A DNA stretch of 64,000 nucleotides. It comes from Minisyncoccia bacterium (lineage in GTDB: Bacteria > Patescibacteriota > Minisyncoccia > Phycocordibacterales > Phycocordibacteraceae). Each line of letters opens with the position of its first letter. Position 1 is the stretch's first letter. Below the pieces are notes generated by a model. That model was not told where the DNA came from. It worked only from the letters and a program-made list of their open reading frames with translations, and ran no database searches. The stretch spans positions 46,924 through 110,923 of the forward strand of contig JBBRPE010000001.1 of the NCBI GenBank assembly GCA_038228545.1, given 5' to 3'. Both the position numbers and the translations under genes were made by a program. This document shows positions 19,424-29,210 of the stretch, in pieces.

Positions 19424-20197
19424 TTACTTCTTAAGTCCTGAACCGCGAATGAAGAGGAAAAGAGTGAGCAGGAAGAACAGAACCGTAAGTCCACCCATAA
19501 CGGCGAAACAGACCGCGATAGAAACGTCCGTAACGCCGAGGAAGCCGTAGCGGAACGCATTCACCATATACAGGATAGGGTTGAAGAGCGACAGAGTTCG
19601 GAAAAACGGCGGGAGCTGATTCACCGAGTAGAAGACGCCACCGAGATACGTAAGCGGCGTAAGCACGAACGTCGGGACGATGGAAATGGCGTCGAAGGAC
19701 TTCGCGAAGATACCGTTCACCAGTCCGGCGAACGCGAACAGGAGCGTGGTGAGTATTGCGGCACCCAGAACCACAACGATGTTAGCGATTGCCAAATGGG
19801 TAAAGAAGAGTGACGTCGCAACGACGAGCACGCCCACGAGCGTACCGCGCATCACGCCACCCGTCACAAAGCCTGCGATAATGGCCCACATTGGCATAGG
19901 TGAGACGAGTTGCTCGTCTATCGTGCGCTGCCATTTCGCGAAGTAGAAGGTCGAGACGGTATTCATGTAGGAACTCGTAATAATGGACATCATCACGATA
20001 CCCGGCACGATGAACGAGATGTAGGACAAGCCGTTTACCGCACGCACCTGACTGCCGATGAACGTGCCGAAGATGGCGAAGTAGAGTGAGGTCGTAATGA
20101 CTGGCGGAAGAAGCGTCTGACTCCAGATACGAATGATGCGGAAGAAGTCCTTGCGGACCATCGTGTAGTAACCGATGAGGATAGGGTTTTTGGTCAT
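19424..20197 (-). CDS. ABC-2 type exporter permease
   Basis: Six-TM ABC-2 fold. Confidence 0.8.
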   Translation of the reverse strand: MTKNPILIGYYTMVRKDFFRIIRIWSQTLLPPVITTSLYFAIFGTFIGSQVRAVNGLSYISFIVPGIVMMSIITSSYMNTVSTFYFAKWQRTIDEQLVSPMPMWAIIAGFVTGGVMRGTLVGVLVVATSLFFTHLAIANIVVVLGAAILTTLLFAFAGLVNGIFAKSFDAISIVPTFVLTPLTYLGGVFYSVNQLPPFFRTLSLFNPILYMVNAFRYGFLGVTDVSIAVCFAVMGGLTVLFFLLTLFLFIRGSGLKK

Positions 20198-20227
20198 ATT
20201 GAAATTAGTGACTGTGCTGAAAAAGTC

Positions 20228-20315
20228 TCAGATACGAGGCGTGGGAAAGCCGTCGAAGTAGACGTATGTGCTATACGGCGGATGAGACGGCTGGGACCCA
20301 TAACGAAGTAGATGG
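20228..20315 (+). repeat. 88-nt structured interspersed element, copy B
   Basis: tcagatacgaggcgtggg...agacgtatgtgctatacg...gggacccataacgaagtagatgg. Located between the ABC ATPase and permease genes. Confidence 0.75.
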
Positions 20316-20330
20316 ATTTTTTAAGCATAG

Positions 20331-21263
20331 TTACACGTCTTTCTGAATTAAGTTCACAAAAACTTCTTCAAGACGACTACCTGAATTGCGGATATTGGCT
20401 ATCTGCACGCCTGCAGCGGAAATCTTGCGGATAGAGTCGTTTACGGTCTCACCGGGCTTGAGGGTGAGCTCGAGTGTCATATCGTCCACCTTCTTAAGTG
20501 GAAGCTCGCGGAGCACGACAAGTGTTGCTTCAAGAATCGGTTCAGTGATATCAAGCACAAGAGTGACGTAGTTGAGCTTATTAATGAGCTCCTTCACTCC
20601 CCCTTCGGCGATTATTTCTCCCTTGTTGATGATGGCGACCTTGCGGCAGAGGATTTCTACTTCCTCGAGATAGTGCGTGGTAAGTACGATAGTCGTTCCG
20701 GAAGCATTCAGCTCGCGGAGGAAGTCCCACATCCCGCGTCGAAGCTCAACGTCCACACCTGCAGTCGGTTCATCGAGTAGAAGAATCTTCGGTTCGTGCA
20801 CGAGTGCACGCGCAATCATCAGACGGCGCTTCATGCCGCCGGAAATCTCCATGGCCTTACTTGCACGCTTGTCCCACAGTCCGAGCTGGGTGAGCACTTT
20901 CTCGGTACGCACTTTTGCTTCTGCGCGAGGAATACCGTAGTAGCCAGCTTGATCAATCACAATGTCTTCAACTTTCTCGAATATATTGAAATTGAATTCC
21001 TGCGGTACCAGCCCGATGAATGACTTCGCGTGGTCCGGATCCTTGTTCAACGAAATGCCCGCCACATCTACCGTGCCCGACGAGATGGTAGTGAGTCCCG
21101 AAACTATCGAAATAAGAGTTGATTTACCGGCACCATTAGGGCCGAGGAAGCCAAAAAATTCACCATCCTCTATAGTGAGCGACACGCCCTTAAGCGCCTC
21201 AGTTCCTGAGTCGTAGACCTTCTTGAGTCCTTCAATTTTGAGCGCTGGAGTTGAGTTTGGCAT
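20331..21263 (-). CDS. ABC transporter ATP-binding protein
   Basis: Walker A GPNGAGKST, signature SGGMKRRL, Walker B LLLDEPT. Confidence 0.9.
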   Translation of the reverse strand: MPNSTPALKIEGLKKVYDSGTEALKGVSLTIEDGEFFGFLGPNGAGKSTLISIVSGLTTISSGTVDVAGISLNKDPDHAKSFIGLVPQEFNFNIFEKVEDIVIDQAGYYGIPRAEAKVRTEKVLTQLGLWDKRASKAMEISGGMKRRLMIARALVHEPKILLLDEPTAGVDVELRRGMWDFLRELNASGTTIVLTTHYLEEVEILCRKVAIINKGEIIAEGGVKELINKLNYVTLVLDITEPILEATLVVLRELPLKKVDDMTLELTLKPGETVNDSIRKISAAGVQIANIRNSGSRLEEVFVNLIQKDV

Positions 21264-21322
21264 GAAAAAGTAACTGTTAGGGGGAGTATATCATTTCCTA
21301 TTTATTAGCTAAAATTGGGGAT

Positions 21323-21730
21323 ATGAGGCTTCCTTTTTCTCCTGGCGCGCTGCGTTTGCTGCGCTACACCATAGTAGGTGTCTCAACCCTCACGTTTGAC
21401 CTTCTACTGCTCGCGTTCCTCACGCAGATGCTTCATATCCCTTACTACGTCGGCACGCCCATTTCCTTCCTTGTGGCAGTTTCTATTAACTACGTAGTCA
21501 GTCGGAAATATGTGTTCGCGGGCACGGAACGGTCCGTCCACCATGGCTACGCGTATTTCATCCTTATTGCTGGAGCAGGTGCGTTATTCATCACAGGCGC
21601 CGTCTACGTGCTCGTAACCTACCTCGGTCTGTACTATCTGGTCGCGCGTATCCTCGTTGCCGGTGTTGTTGGTGTATTCAACTACCTCAGCAATCTCCAC
21701 CTCAATTTCAACGTAGCTGGGAAGCACTAA
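21323..21730 (+). CDS. GtrA-like polysaccharide biosynthesis/flippase family protein
   Basis: Four-TM ~135 aa GtrA-family architecture. Confidence 0.7.
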   Translation: MRLPFSPGALRLLRYTIVGVSTLTFDLLLLAFLTQMLHIPYYVGTPISFLVAVSINYVVSRKYVFAGTERSVHHGYAYFILIAGAGALFITGAVYVLVTYLGLYYLVARILVAGVVGVFNYLSNLHLNFNVAGKH

Positions 21731-21753
21731 GCTGCACAGGCTATACTCTGTGC

Positions 21754-23412
21754 ATGAATGACCTGGAAACACGAATCAAGTCCGTTGTACGAGGTGACGT
21801 TACTACCGATACAGAAACCCTCACCAAGATGTCGCGTGATACGAGCATTTTCACGCTTACGCCGTCGGTGGTCGTCTATCCGAAAGATGCGGAAGATGTC
21901 TCACTCTTGGTAAAGGCAGTTGGTGAAGCAAGGGCAGTCGGTGAAGACGTATCAGTCACTGCTCGCTCCGCGGGGACCGACATGTCAGGCGGACCGCTTA
22001 CGAAGTCAGTACTAGCAGTCTTTACGAAATACATGAATCACATCATCGAAGTCGGTGATGGCTACGCCATCACCGAGCCAGGTGTGTTCTATCGTGACTT
22101 CGAGAAAGCAACGCTCGCTCGCGACAACCAAATACTTCCCTCCTACCCCGCTTCGCGCGAGCTCTGCGCCATGGGCGGGATTTTGAATAACAATTCCGGT
22201 GGTGAGCGCACACTCGAATACGGCAAGACGGAAAAGTATGTGGAGGAAGTTGAGGTCGTTCTCTCTGACGGAACTATAACGACATTCAAAGAGCTCGGTC
22301 CTGCCGAGCTCGAAGAAAAGAAGAGTCTTAACACACTTGAAGGCGACATTTACCGCAAGATGTCGGCACTTCTTATAGAAAACCGCGAGACGATAGAAGC
22401 GGCAAAGCCGAAAGTATCAAAGAATTCCGCAGGCTACGCGCTCTGGAATGTCATGGATATGGAGAATGGCACCTTTAATCTCGCTAAGCTCATCTGTGGC
22501 GCACAAGGCACACTCGCATTTTCAACCAAGATGAAGCTCTCGCTCGTGAAGCAACAAGGCTACCGCTCCATGCTCGTGGTATTCCTCCAAGACCTCACGG
22601 TGCTTCCAGAAATAGTGAAGCGCGTACTTCCCTTTAATCCGGAAAGTTTTGAAAGCTACGACGACCAGACCTTTAAACTCGCTGTAAAGTTCATGCCGCA
22701 GATGCTTTCGCAGATGGGACTTGGTCGTGCCGCACGTCTCGGCATTTCCTTCATTCCAGAAATGGCGATGGTGCTCGAGGGTGGCGTGCCAAAGCTCGTG
22801 CTTATGGCGGAGTTTTCTGAAGACTCACATGCGGAGGCACTCGCCATGGCCACGAAGGCTCGCGCAGCACTCGCTGACCTGAAGCTTCCTACTTCGATAA
22901 AGAAAGACGAACGTGCCGCTGAGAAATACTGGATTGTACGCCGTGAATCCTTTGCGCTTCTTCGTAAGAACGTACACGGCCTGTACGCATCCCCATTCAT
23001 CGACGACTTTGTTGTACCACCAGCTACCTACCCCGAGTTTCTTCCTGAACTGAATGCCCTTCTCGACGAGTACAAGGATAAATTCATCTATACGATTGCG
23101 GGCCATATTGGTAACGGCAACTTCCACATCATTCCACTTATGGATCTCACCAAGCCTGATGTGCGCCAAGTCGTCCTCGACCTCGGACCGAAGGTCTACG
23201 CACTTGTTATTAAGTACGGTGGCTCAACCACCGGCGAGCACAATGACGGCATTATCCGCACACCATACCTCTCGCTTATGTTTGGAGAAAAAATGGTGGA
23301 ACTGTTTGCGCAGACGAAAAAGATATTTGATCCTCAGGGTATATTCAATCCGGGCAAGAAAGTCGGTGGAAGCTTTGACGCCATCAAAGCCGACATGATC
23401 ACCCACCTCTAA
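21754..23412 (+). CDS. FAD-linked oxidase (GlcD/D-lactate dehydrogenase family; FAD_binding_4 + FAD-oxidase_C)
   Basis: MGGILNNNSGGERTLEYGKTEKYVEEVEVVLSDGTI matches the PCMH FAD-binding signature. Confidence 0.8.
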   Translation: MNDLETRIKSVVRGDVTTDTETLTKMSRDTSIFTLTPSVVVYPKDAEDVSLLVKAVGEARAVGEDVSVTARSAGTDMSGGPLTKSVLAVFTKYMNHIIEVGDGYAITEPGVFYRDFEKATLARDNQILPSYPASRELCAMGGILNNNSGGERTLEYGKTEKYVEEVEVVLSDGTITTFKELGPAELEEKKSLNTLEGDIYRKMSALLIENRETIEAAKPKVSKNSAGYALWNVMDMENGTFNLAKLICGAQGTLAFSTKMKLSLVKQQGYRSMLVVFLQDLTVLPEIVKRVLPFNPESFESYDDQTFKLAVKFMPQMLSQMGLGRAARLGISFIPEMAMVLEGGVPKLVLMAEFSEDSHAEALAMATKARAALADLKLPTSIKKDERAAEKYWIVRRESFALLRKNVHGLYASPFIDDFVVPPATYPEFLPELNALLDEYKDKFIYTIAGHIGNGNFHIIPLMDLTKPDVRQVVLDLGPKVYALVIKYGGSTTGEHNDGIIRTPYLSLMFGEKMVELFAQTKKIFDPQGIFNPGKKVGGSFDAIKADMITHL

Positions 23413-23414
23413 TC

Positions 23415-24210
23415 TTACTAAGGCCAGGCCTTGGTATACTGCTCGCGTGTACCAAGGCCTGGCCTTAGTAATAACCCGTTGCTCGCATGGGAATGAGGAT
23501 AATCCAGTTCGGAGTAAATGAATGGTATCACTGCTACAGCCGTGGTGTGGATAAGCGCATGATTTTTCAAGAAGCCGCAGACTATCAGCGCTTCCAAATG
23601 CTTCTCTATGTCTGCAACAGTACTATTCCGATTCATCTAAGTGAGATAGCGAAACGTCCCCAAGGCCTGGCCTTGGGAGAGGTCATCAGCGAAATACGAG
23701 GTGAGCAGTTCGTGGATATTGGTGCCTATGCACTTATGCCGAATCACCATCATCTCTTGCTGCGTGAACGAGTCGAGGGAGGCACAACAGCTTTCATGCA
23801 GAAATTGGGTACAGCCTATACGATGTACTTCAACAAGAAGTATGAGCGCACCGGATCTCTCTTTTCCGGAAAGTTCAAGGCGAAGCATGTGGCCACAGAT
23901 GAATATTTCGCACGTATCGTGAATTATATTCATGGGAACCCCGCAGAACTACATGAGCCGGGATGGAAGAATGGATTGATACGAGACGAGAGGAGGCTTA
24001 AACAGTTTCTTTCTTCATATCGTTTCTCAAGTTTGCCTGACCATGATACTGAAGATGAAAGAGTGGAAGGTCATCTAATAAACAAGAACTCTGTTCTCGA
24101 ACTTATCGGATACACTCCAACATTTGAAACACTTATGGAAGATGCATATACGTTTCAACGCGACGTGGACTTCGATTGACCGTATACCAAGGCCTGGCCT
24201 TGGTATACGG
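23415..24210 (+). mobile_element. RAYT (REP-associated tyrosine transposase) gene flanked by REP-like palindromes
   Basis: A compound hairpin at 23415-23472 (two inverted copies of ttactaaggccaggccttggta), an internal ccaaggcctggccttgg at ~23660, and a perfect 31-nt palindrome ccgtataccaaggcctggccttggtatacgg at 24180-24210. Confidence 0.7.
23487..24179 (+). CDS. IS200/IS605-like HuH Y1 transposase of the RAYT subgroup
   Basis: HuH motif LMPNHHHLLL and the Tyr motif NYIHGNPAE. Confidence 0.8.
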   Translation: MGMRIIQFGVNEWYHCYSRGVDKRMIFQEAADYQRFQMLLYVCNSTIPIHLSEIAKRPQGLALGEVISEIRGEQFVDIGAYALMPNHHHLLLRERVEGGTTAFMQKLGTAYTMYFNKKYERTGSLFSGKFKAKHVATDEYFARIVNYIHGNPAELHEPGWKNGLIRDERRLKQFLSSYRFSSLPDHDTEDERVEGHLINKNSVLELIGYTPTFETLMEDAYTFQRDVDFD

Positions 24211-24241
24211 TCTTTGGTATACGTTGAATAGCTACGAGGAG

Positions 24242-25312
24242 TTAGTAGGCGTCGGAACGGGTCTGGGTGTCACCTCGGAAGACGCGATGTAGGTAGAAGT
24301 TATATACAAGGACTATCGGAAATAGGGGCCCGAGTCCAAAGAGCATAAACTCAAGTGTCTTTCTGCTCGACGCGGCGTCGTAAATAGTGAGCGAAGGCGG
24401 AATGATGTACGGAAAGACACCGACCAGCATACCGAGCATAGCGAGCACGAATATGCCCAGGCAGAGATTGTGAAGTGCAGGGCCCGTGCTTTTTTTAATG
24501 ACGAGAACAATCAGCCAGAGTGAGAGCACTCCCATGCATGCCGTTATGCCAAAAAGCAGATAATTGCTCGGGTACATGGTCCAACGCTCAAAGAAAAGAT
24601 AGCTCTTACTCGGAAGTAGGAGCGTCGCGCCAAGTAATGCGCCACCGGTCACAGCTCCTGCGATAAGAATACGCATGAAGGTGTTTGGTGACGCTTCTTT
24701 CCCTGCTTTCTTAATCAGATATGCGTACCCAACGAAGACGTAACTCATCAGCACACCAATAGTAATAAGGAATGTGAGTGGCGTAATGAAATCGAATGCA
24801 GTACCGGAAAATTCCCCAGTGGTAACGGAAATACCCGAGAGCAGTCCGCCGACAGCGAGCCCCTGCCCCACACCAGCCAAGAGCGAACCGAATCCAAATA
24901 AGCGACTCCACAACTTCTTGTTCGTGCCGACAGCATGGAATTCAAATGACACTGCTCGCAGAATAAGTCCGAAGAGCATCGTCATGACCGGAATATAAAG
25001 TGCAGAAAGAATAATCCCGTACGCAGTCGGGAATGCGCCAAAAAGCATACCGCCTGCTATCACGAGCCAGGTTTCGTTTGCGTCCCATATCGGACCGAGC
25101 GTGTGCATCATCGCCGCACGTTGCTCTTCTTTCTGCGGAAGTAAGGAAAGTATGCCGAGACCGAGGTCCGCACCATCAAGCAAGATGTAGAGTGCAACCG
25201 CAAGACCTATTGCGCCGAACCACGCGAGTGCAAGCATCGGATCGGTAAGGTACTGCATCATACGCTTGGAAGTGTGCTGGTAAGGTCGGGACCTTTCTTC
25301 ACTATTTTCCAC
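24242..25312 (-). CDS. cydB: cytochrome bd ubiquinol oxidase subunit II
   Basis: CydB-like ~9 TM protein immediately downstream of cydA. Confidence 0.85.
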   Translation of the reverse strand: MENSEERSRPYQHTSKRMMQYLTDPMLALAWFGAIGLAVALYILLDGADLGLGILSLLPQKEEQRAAMMHTLGPIWDANETWLVIAGGMLFGAFPTAYGIILSALYIPVMTMLFGLILRAVSFEFHAVGTNKKLWSRLFGFGSLLAGVGQGLAVGGLLSGISVTTGEFSGTAFDFITPLTFLITIGVLMSYVFVGYAYLIKKAGKEASPNTFMRILIAGAVTGGALLGATLLLPSKSYLFFERWTMYPSNYLLFGITACMGVLSLWLIVLVIKKSTGPALHNLCLGIFVLAMLGMLVGVFPYIIPPSLTIYDAASSRKTLEFMLFGLGPLFPIVLVYNFYLHRVFRGDTQTRSDAY

Positions 25313-26661
25313 GTGAAGTAAACGAAGAGGAAACCAAATACCAGATAGATGGACGTAAAGATGCCTGTCGTTATCGCGACCGCGCTCGCATTCAGTCCGC
25401 TCGAGAGGCCGTGCTCGGTACGCAGCAAGTGATACACCACCCAGGGCTGACGGCCGATTTCACGCACCATCCATCCAGCTTCGGTTGCGATGAATCCAAG
25501 CGGTGTACCAAAGATAAAAAGCCACCAGAACAGCTTGTCTCCTCCCTGACTGGCGCGGAGCGGCACACCCGGCAGTGCTTCACCTGTTTTTAAGTAGCCA
25601 CGCTTCCAGTACCACACACCAAGAATCATAAGAAGGAACATGCAAACTCCGCACGCAACCATGATACGGAAGGAGTAGAAGACGAGAACGTCGTCGATAA
25701 GCGTCGGACGGTCGTTGGTAGGAAAATCATTCAGTCCCGGCACAGTACCGGTTGAAGAGTGTGTGGTAAGCAGAGAAAGAACGACCGGTAGTTTAATTTC
25801 GAACGCGTTCCCGTTATTTTGTGCGTTCGGCCAGGCGACGAGCGCCCAGTCGGCTCCCGTGCCCGGAAGGTTTGTATCCCAGTGCAGTTCTGTTGCCGCG
25901 AGCTTTGCCGGCTGATACTTCGCAATCGTCGTGCCCGAGAGGTCGCCGAGCCCCATCTGGAGTGGGGTCACGATAATAGCGAGCGCAAGACAATACTTGA
26001 ATGTCGTAAGAAAGAATTCACGCGTAGATTCCGGAACCGTGCGACGCATAAGTACAAGAGCGCAGATGCCAAGCATCATGAAGAGTGTTGCCTCTATACA
26101 TGCGACCCACATATGCAGGAACGACACGAGGGTATCGGGATTAAAGATAGCGACGAGGTAATCGGTCACGACGAGCTTTCCGTTCTGAACTTCAACGCCT
26201 ATAGGCACTTGCATCCAGGAGTTTGCCGCCATAATCCAGAACGCTGAAAGCGTCGCGCCCACGAATATCATCGCGTTCGAGAAGAAGTGCATCCACTTAT
26301 TCACTTTATTCCAACCGAAGACAAAGATGCCGAGGAAGGCTGCTTCGAGTGCAAACGCGACCGTGGACTCGAATCCGAGAATATTACCGAAGAAGTCCCC
26401 TGCCGCCGTCGAGAATTTTGCCCAATTCGTGCCGAATTCAAATTCGAGTGGAAAGCCGGTGGCTGTCCCAATGGCGAACGTCAGTATGAAAATCTTGGTC
26501 CAGAACTTGAGCTGACGATAATACGTTTCTTTCTTGGTCTTGAGCCACATCGCTTCCATCGTGAGCATGTAGAGCGAAAGGCCAATAGACATAAGCGGCC
26601 ACAATATATGGAACGCGGCAGTATCGCCGAACTGTAAGCGAGAGATAGTAAGTACATCCAT
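25258..26661 (-). CDS. cydA: cytochrome bd ubiquinol oxidase subunit I
   Basis: CydA family; Q-loop region and heme ligands. Confidence 0.9.
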   Translation of the reverse strand: MDVLTISRLQFGDTAAFHILWPLMSIGLSLYMLTMEAMWLKTKKETYYRQLKFWTKIFILTFAIGTATGFPLEFEFGTNWAKFSTAAGDFFGNILGFESTVAFALEAAFLGIFVFGWNKVNKWMHFFSNAMIFVGATLSAFWIMAANSWMQVPIGVEVQNGKLVVTDYLVAIFNPDTLVSFLHMWVACIEATLFMMLGICALVLMRRTVPESTREFFLTTFKYCLALAIIVTPLQMGLGDLSGTTIAKYQPAKLAATELHWDTNLPGTGADWALVAWPNAQNNGNAFEIKLPVVLSLLTTHSSTGTVPGLNDFPTNDRPTLIDDVLVFYSFRIMVACGVCMFLLMILGVWYWKRGYLKTGEALPGVPLRASQGGDKLFWWLFIFGTPLGFIATEAGWMVREIGRQPWVVYHLLRTEHGLSSGLNASAVAITTGIFTSIYLVFGFLFVYFTWKIVKKGPDLTSTLPSV

Positions 26662-26693
26662 ACCCTTTTGCTAAAGGGTATCACGCGTACTCC

Positions 26694-27296
26694 TTAGTCT
26701 TCGTGTTTCTTAAGTAACCATGCAGATACGAAAGCTACTGCAACAACTGCGAGCATAGTACCAAGCCAACCGATGAGAGCTCGTTTGCCGAGCATATCTA
26801 CTTGCTGTTCCGCGTACGCAAGTGAACGCCCGGACATCACATAGCCATCGCCCGCAGGTATGACAACAATCGCCTGGCGTACACCAGGAACCGGTTCCCA
26901 GGTGATGCGATTTACACCTTTTTGCTTGGCCACATCAAGTACACCCTGAGGCAAGACTGGTGGAGCACCGCGCACAACACCCGTACCAGCAACCGCTTTT
27001 CCTGTCGCGTCAAAGAATACGAGATATGCAGCCGGGTCACTTTCAATAGGTATGGCTGAAGCAAACCCACCGGTTGGAAGGGCGCCTGCCGCAATGACGC
27101 GCAGTGCTGCATCGCGAGCAACATACTCCTGGGGCTCATTGGCGCCGAGACGAAGCAGTTGCTGGTCCTGCACATAACTAATAGCAAGAATAATAGTAGC
27201 AACGACCGCGATAGGAAGGCCGATAGCAAGCACGGCTCGGAGGAATGTAGGGCTGTTGAGCGCTTTCATATATTCTATAACCATAGCGGTACACAC
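26694..27296 (-). CDS. hypothetical bitopic membrane protein leading the cydAB operon (start probably MKALNSP)
   Basis: N- and C-terminal TM helices; Ala/Gly-rich. Confidence 0.45.
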   Translation of the reverse strand: MCTAMVIEYMKALNSPTFLRAVLAIGLPIAVVATIILAISYVQDQQLLRLGANEPQEYVARDAALRVIAAGALPTGGFASAIPIESDPAAYLVFFDATGKAVAGTGVVRGAPPVLPQGVLDVAKQKGVNRITWEPVPGVRQAIVVIPAGDGYVMSGRSLAYAEQQVDMLGKRALIGWLGTMLAVVAVAFVSAWLLKKHED

Positions 27297-27483
27297 AAGT
27301 TTCTTTGATGAAGGCGACAGCGACTTAAGTAGTCACAGCGACCTATCCCCTTTTCGCACAAAAAATCCTTGCGGAAAATCACGATTCGTAGCATATTGCA
27401 AATAACTCGCGGTTCACCAGCTCCCCCAAGGCATTTGCCCCAAAAAGTTCGGCAGAGGCGAGGTTACAAGTTCACATAGCCAC

Positions 27484-27855
27484 ATGGCATCAAACAAACT
27501 CTACGTTGGCGGTATTCCGTATCGCACGACTGAGGACGAGCTCCGCACCGCTTTTGAGGAAGCAGGTACGGTAACGTCCGCTAGCATTATCAGCGATCGC
27601 ATGACCGGCCGCTCACGCGGATTCGGATTCGTGGAAATGGCAGACGAGGCAATGGCCCAGGCTGCTATTGATCGTTGGGATGGCAAGGAAATGGACGGGC
27701 GCATGCTCTCCGTTTCCATGGCCCGCCCGCAAGGTGATCGCCCAGCGGGTGATCGTCCTCAGCGCGGTGGCGGAGGCGGCGGATTTGGCGGTGGTAATCG
27801 CGGTGGAGGTTTCGGCGGCGGCAACGACCGCGGAGGCTTCGGCGGCGGATACTAA
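27484..27855 (+). CDS. RRM-type glycine-rich RNA-binding protein
   Basis: RNP2 LYVGGI, RNP1 RGFGFVEM, and a C-terminal RGG/GGF repeat tail. Confidence 0.85.
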   Translation: MASNKLYVGGIPYRTTEDELRTAFEEAGTVTSASIISDRMTGRSRGFGFVEMADEAMAQAAIDRWDGKEMDGRMLSVSMARPQGDRPAGDRPQRGGGGGGFGGGNRGGGFGGGNDRGGFGGGY

Positions 27856-27874
27856 TCCCCAGCTCGGTAAAGAA

Positions 27875-27908
27875 AAAGACCCTCGCTTGCGAGGGTCTTT
27901 TTCTTTAC
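27875..27908. terminator. bidirectional intrinsic terminator
   Basis: aaagaccctcgc-ttg-cgagggtcttt followed by ttctttac. Confidence 0.6.
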
Positions 27909-27916
27909 CTGTTTGC

Positions 27917-28411
27917 CTAACACTTCGGTGCTTCGTGTCCGACGTTCGTACGGGTGGAGTCGCGCAGAATCTCCGTCTGTACTTTCTTGTATTCCGCATG
28001 CCAGCCGATGAGGTTTGAAAGAATTTGGAAAAAAGAGCCGACGGCAGCTATCGCGAGAATGAGAATGACCGGGAATGCAAACGCCGTCGCGAAGTAGAAG
28101 AATACAACGAAGAAAGCGAACCACAGCCCGGTGCACCATGGACAGTTCACCAGTGTATGGAGTGAGCCACGGAGTGATGACGGCTTCGCACCCTCGAACC
28201 AATCGCGGATAAATTTCGTTATCGCGTCATAGGTGAAGAGTCGTGTAAGGCGCCAGACTGCAAGTGCCATAAGAAAGAAGTCGGACACCGAGAGCGTTCG
28301 GTTGAATCCTCCGGTAACGGCGAGGTACCAAATACCAGCTCCCATAAGAGCTGCAAAGAAGACGGATAAGAAAATGCTCCAGAAGTGATTGCGAAGAGTG
28401 TACATAGCCAC
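27917..28411 (-). CDS. DUF1360-family membrane protein
   Basis: CPWCTGLW motif and four TM segments. Confidence 0.65.
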   Translation of the reverse strand: MAMYTLRNHFWSIFLSVFFAALMGAGIWYLAVTGGFNRTLSVSDFFLMALAVWRLTRLFTYDAITKFIRDWFEGAKPSSLRGSLHTLVNCPWCTGLWFAFFVVFFYFATAFAFPVILILAIAAVGSFFQILSNLIGWHAEYKKVQTEILRDSTRTNVGHEAPKC

Positions 28412-29210
28412 TAGTGTACCCTACCAGACCAGACTGGTGTACCGTACAGATATGGAAAGTACCGACGTGCCAAAGGAAGACTGGGCGCATCTGATTCGTG
28501 ATAAATACGACGGTGACGAGTCTGTGGACGTAACCGAAGACCATGCGCGTCTCTCCGCAGGCGAGCCACTTGCGTATGTTATTGGTTGGATTCCCTTCCT
28601 TGGTCTGCGTGTGTACTTGGACAGCAAGCCGCTCATCCCACGTCCGGAAACCGAGTGGTGGGCAGAATTGCTCGTCGAGCATCTTCGGACTCGTTTCGGC
28701 AACACTCCGTTTTCGCTTCTGGATGTGTGTGCGGGCTCAGGCGCCGTTGGTCTTGCGGTGCTGGCAAACTGCCCGACAGCAACTGTCTATTTTGGAGAAC
28801 TAACACCGGCACATGCCGAACTTATTGCAAAAAATATCCGTGAGAATAATCTCGATGGGAGTCGCGCAATCATACGTAGCGGCGACCTGTTTGCTCCGTT
28901 CCTGCACGACATCTTTGACGTTATTACTGCAAACCCGCCCTATATACCGCACGGACGTGAGCTTCCCACGAGTGTTACCAAGTATGAACCTGCCGACGCT
29001 CTCTTTAGCGGACTTGATGGTCTCGATCTCATACGACGTATCGGAAACCATGCTCCGCACCATCTTCCTGATGGAGGCGAGCTGTGGATGGAATGCGACA
29101 GTGAGCATGCACCTGAGGCCGCACAAATACTCCGAGATGGAGGAAGTCTTAAGTCCGTTATCCGCACCGACCACTACGGTCGCGAACGCCTTGTGCTAGC
29201 CTATTACTGA
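28389..29210 (+). CDS. prmC: release factor glutamine N5-methyltransferase PrmC/HemK (start likely ~28454, MESTD)
   Basis: VCAGSGAVGLA SAM-binding motif and the NPPY motif ITANPPYIP. Confidence 0.8.
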   Translation: MRRVYIATSVPYQTRLVYRTDMESTDVPKEDWAHLIRDKYDGDESVDVTEDHARLSAGEPLAYVIGWIPFLGLRVYLDSKPLIPRPETEWWAELLVEHLRTRFGNTPFSLLDVCAGSGAVGLAVLANCPTATVYFGELTPAHAELIAKNIRENNLDGSRAIIRSGDLFAPFLHDIFDVITANPPYIPHGRELPTSVTKYEPADALFSGLDGLDLIRRIGNHAPHHLPDGGELWMECDSEHAPEAAQILRDGGSLKSVIRTDHYGRERLVLAYY

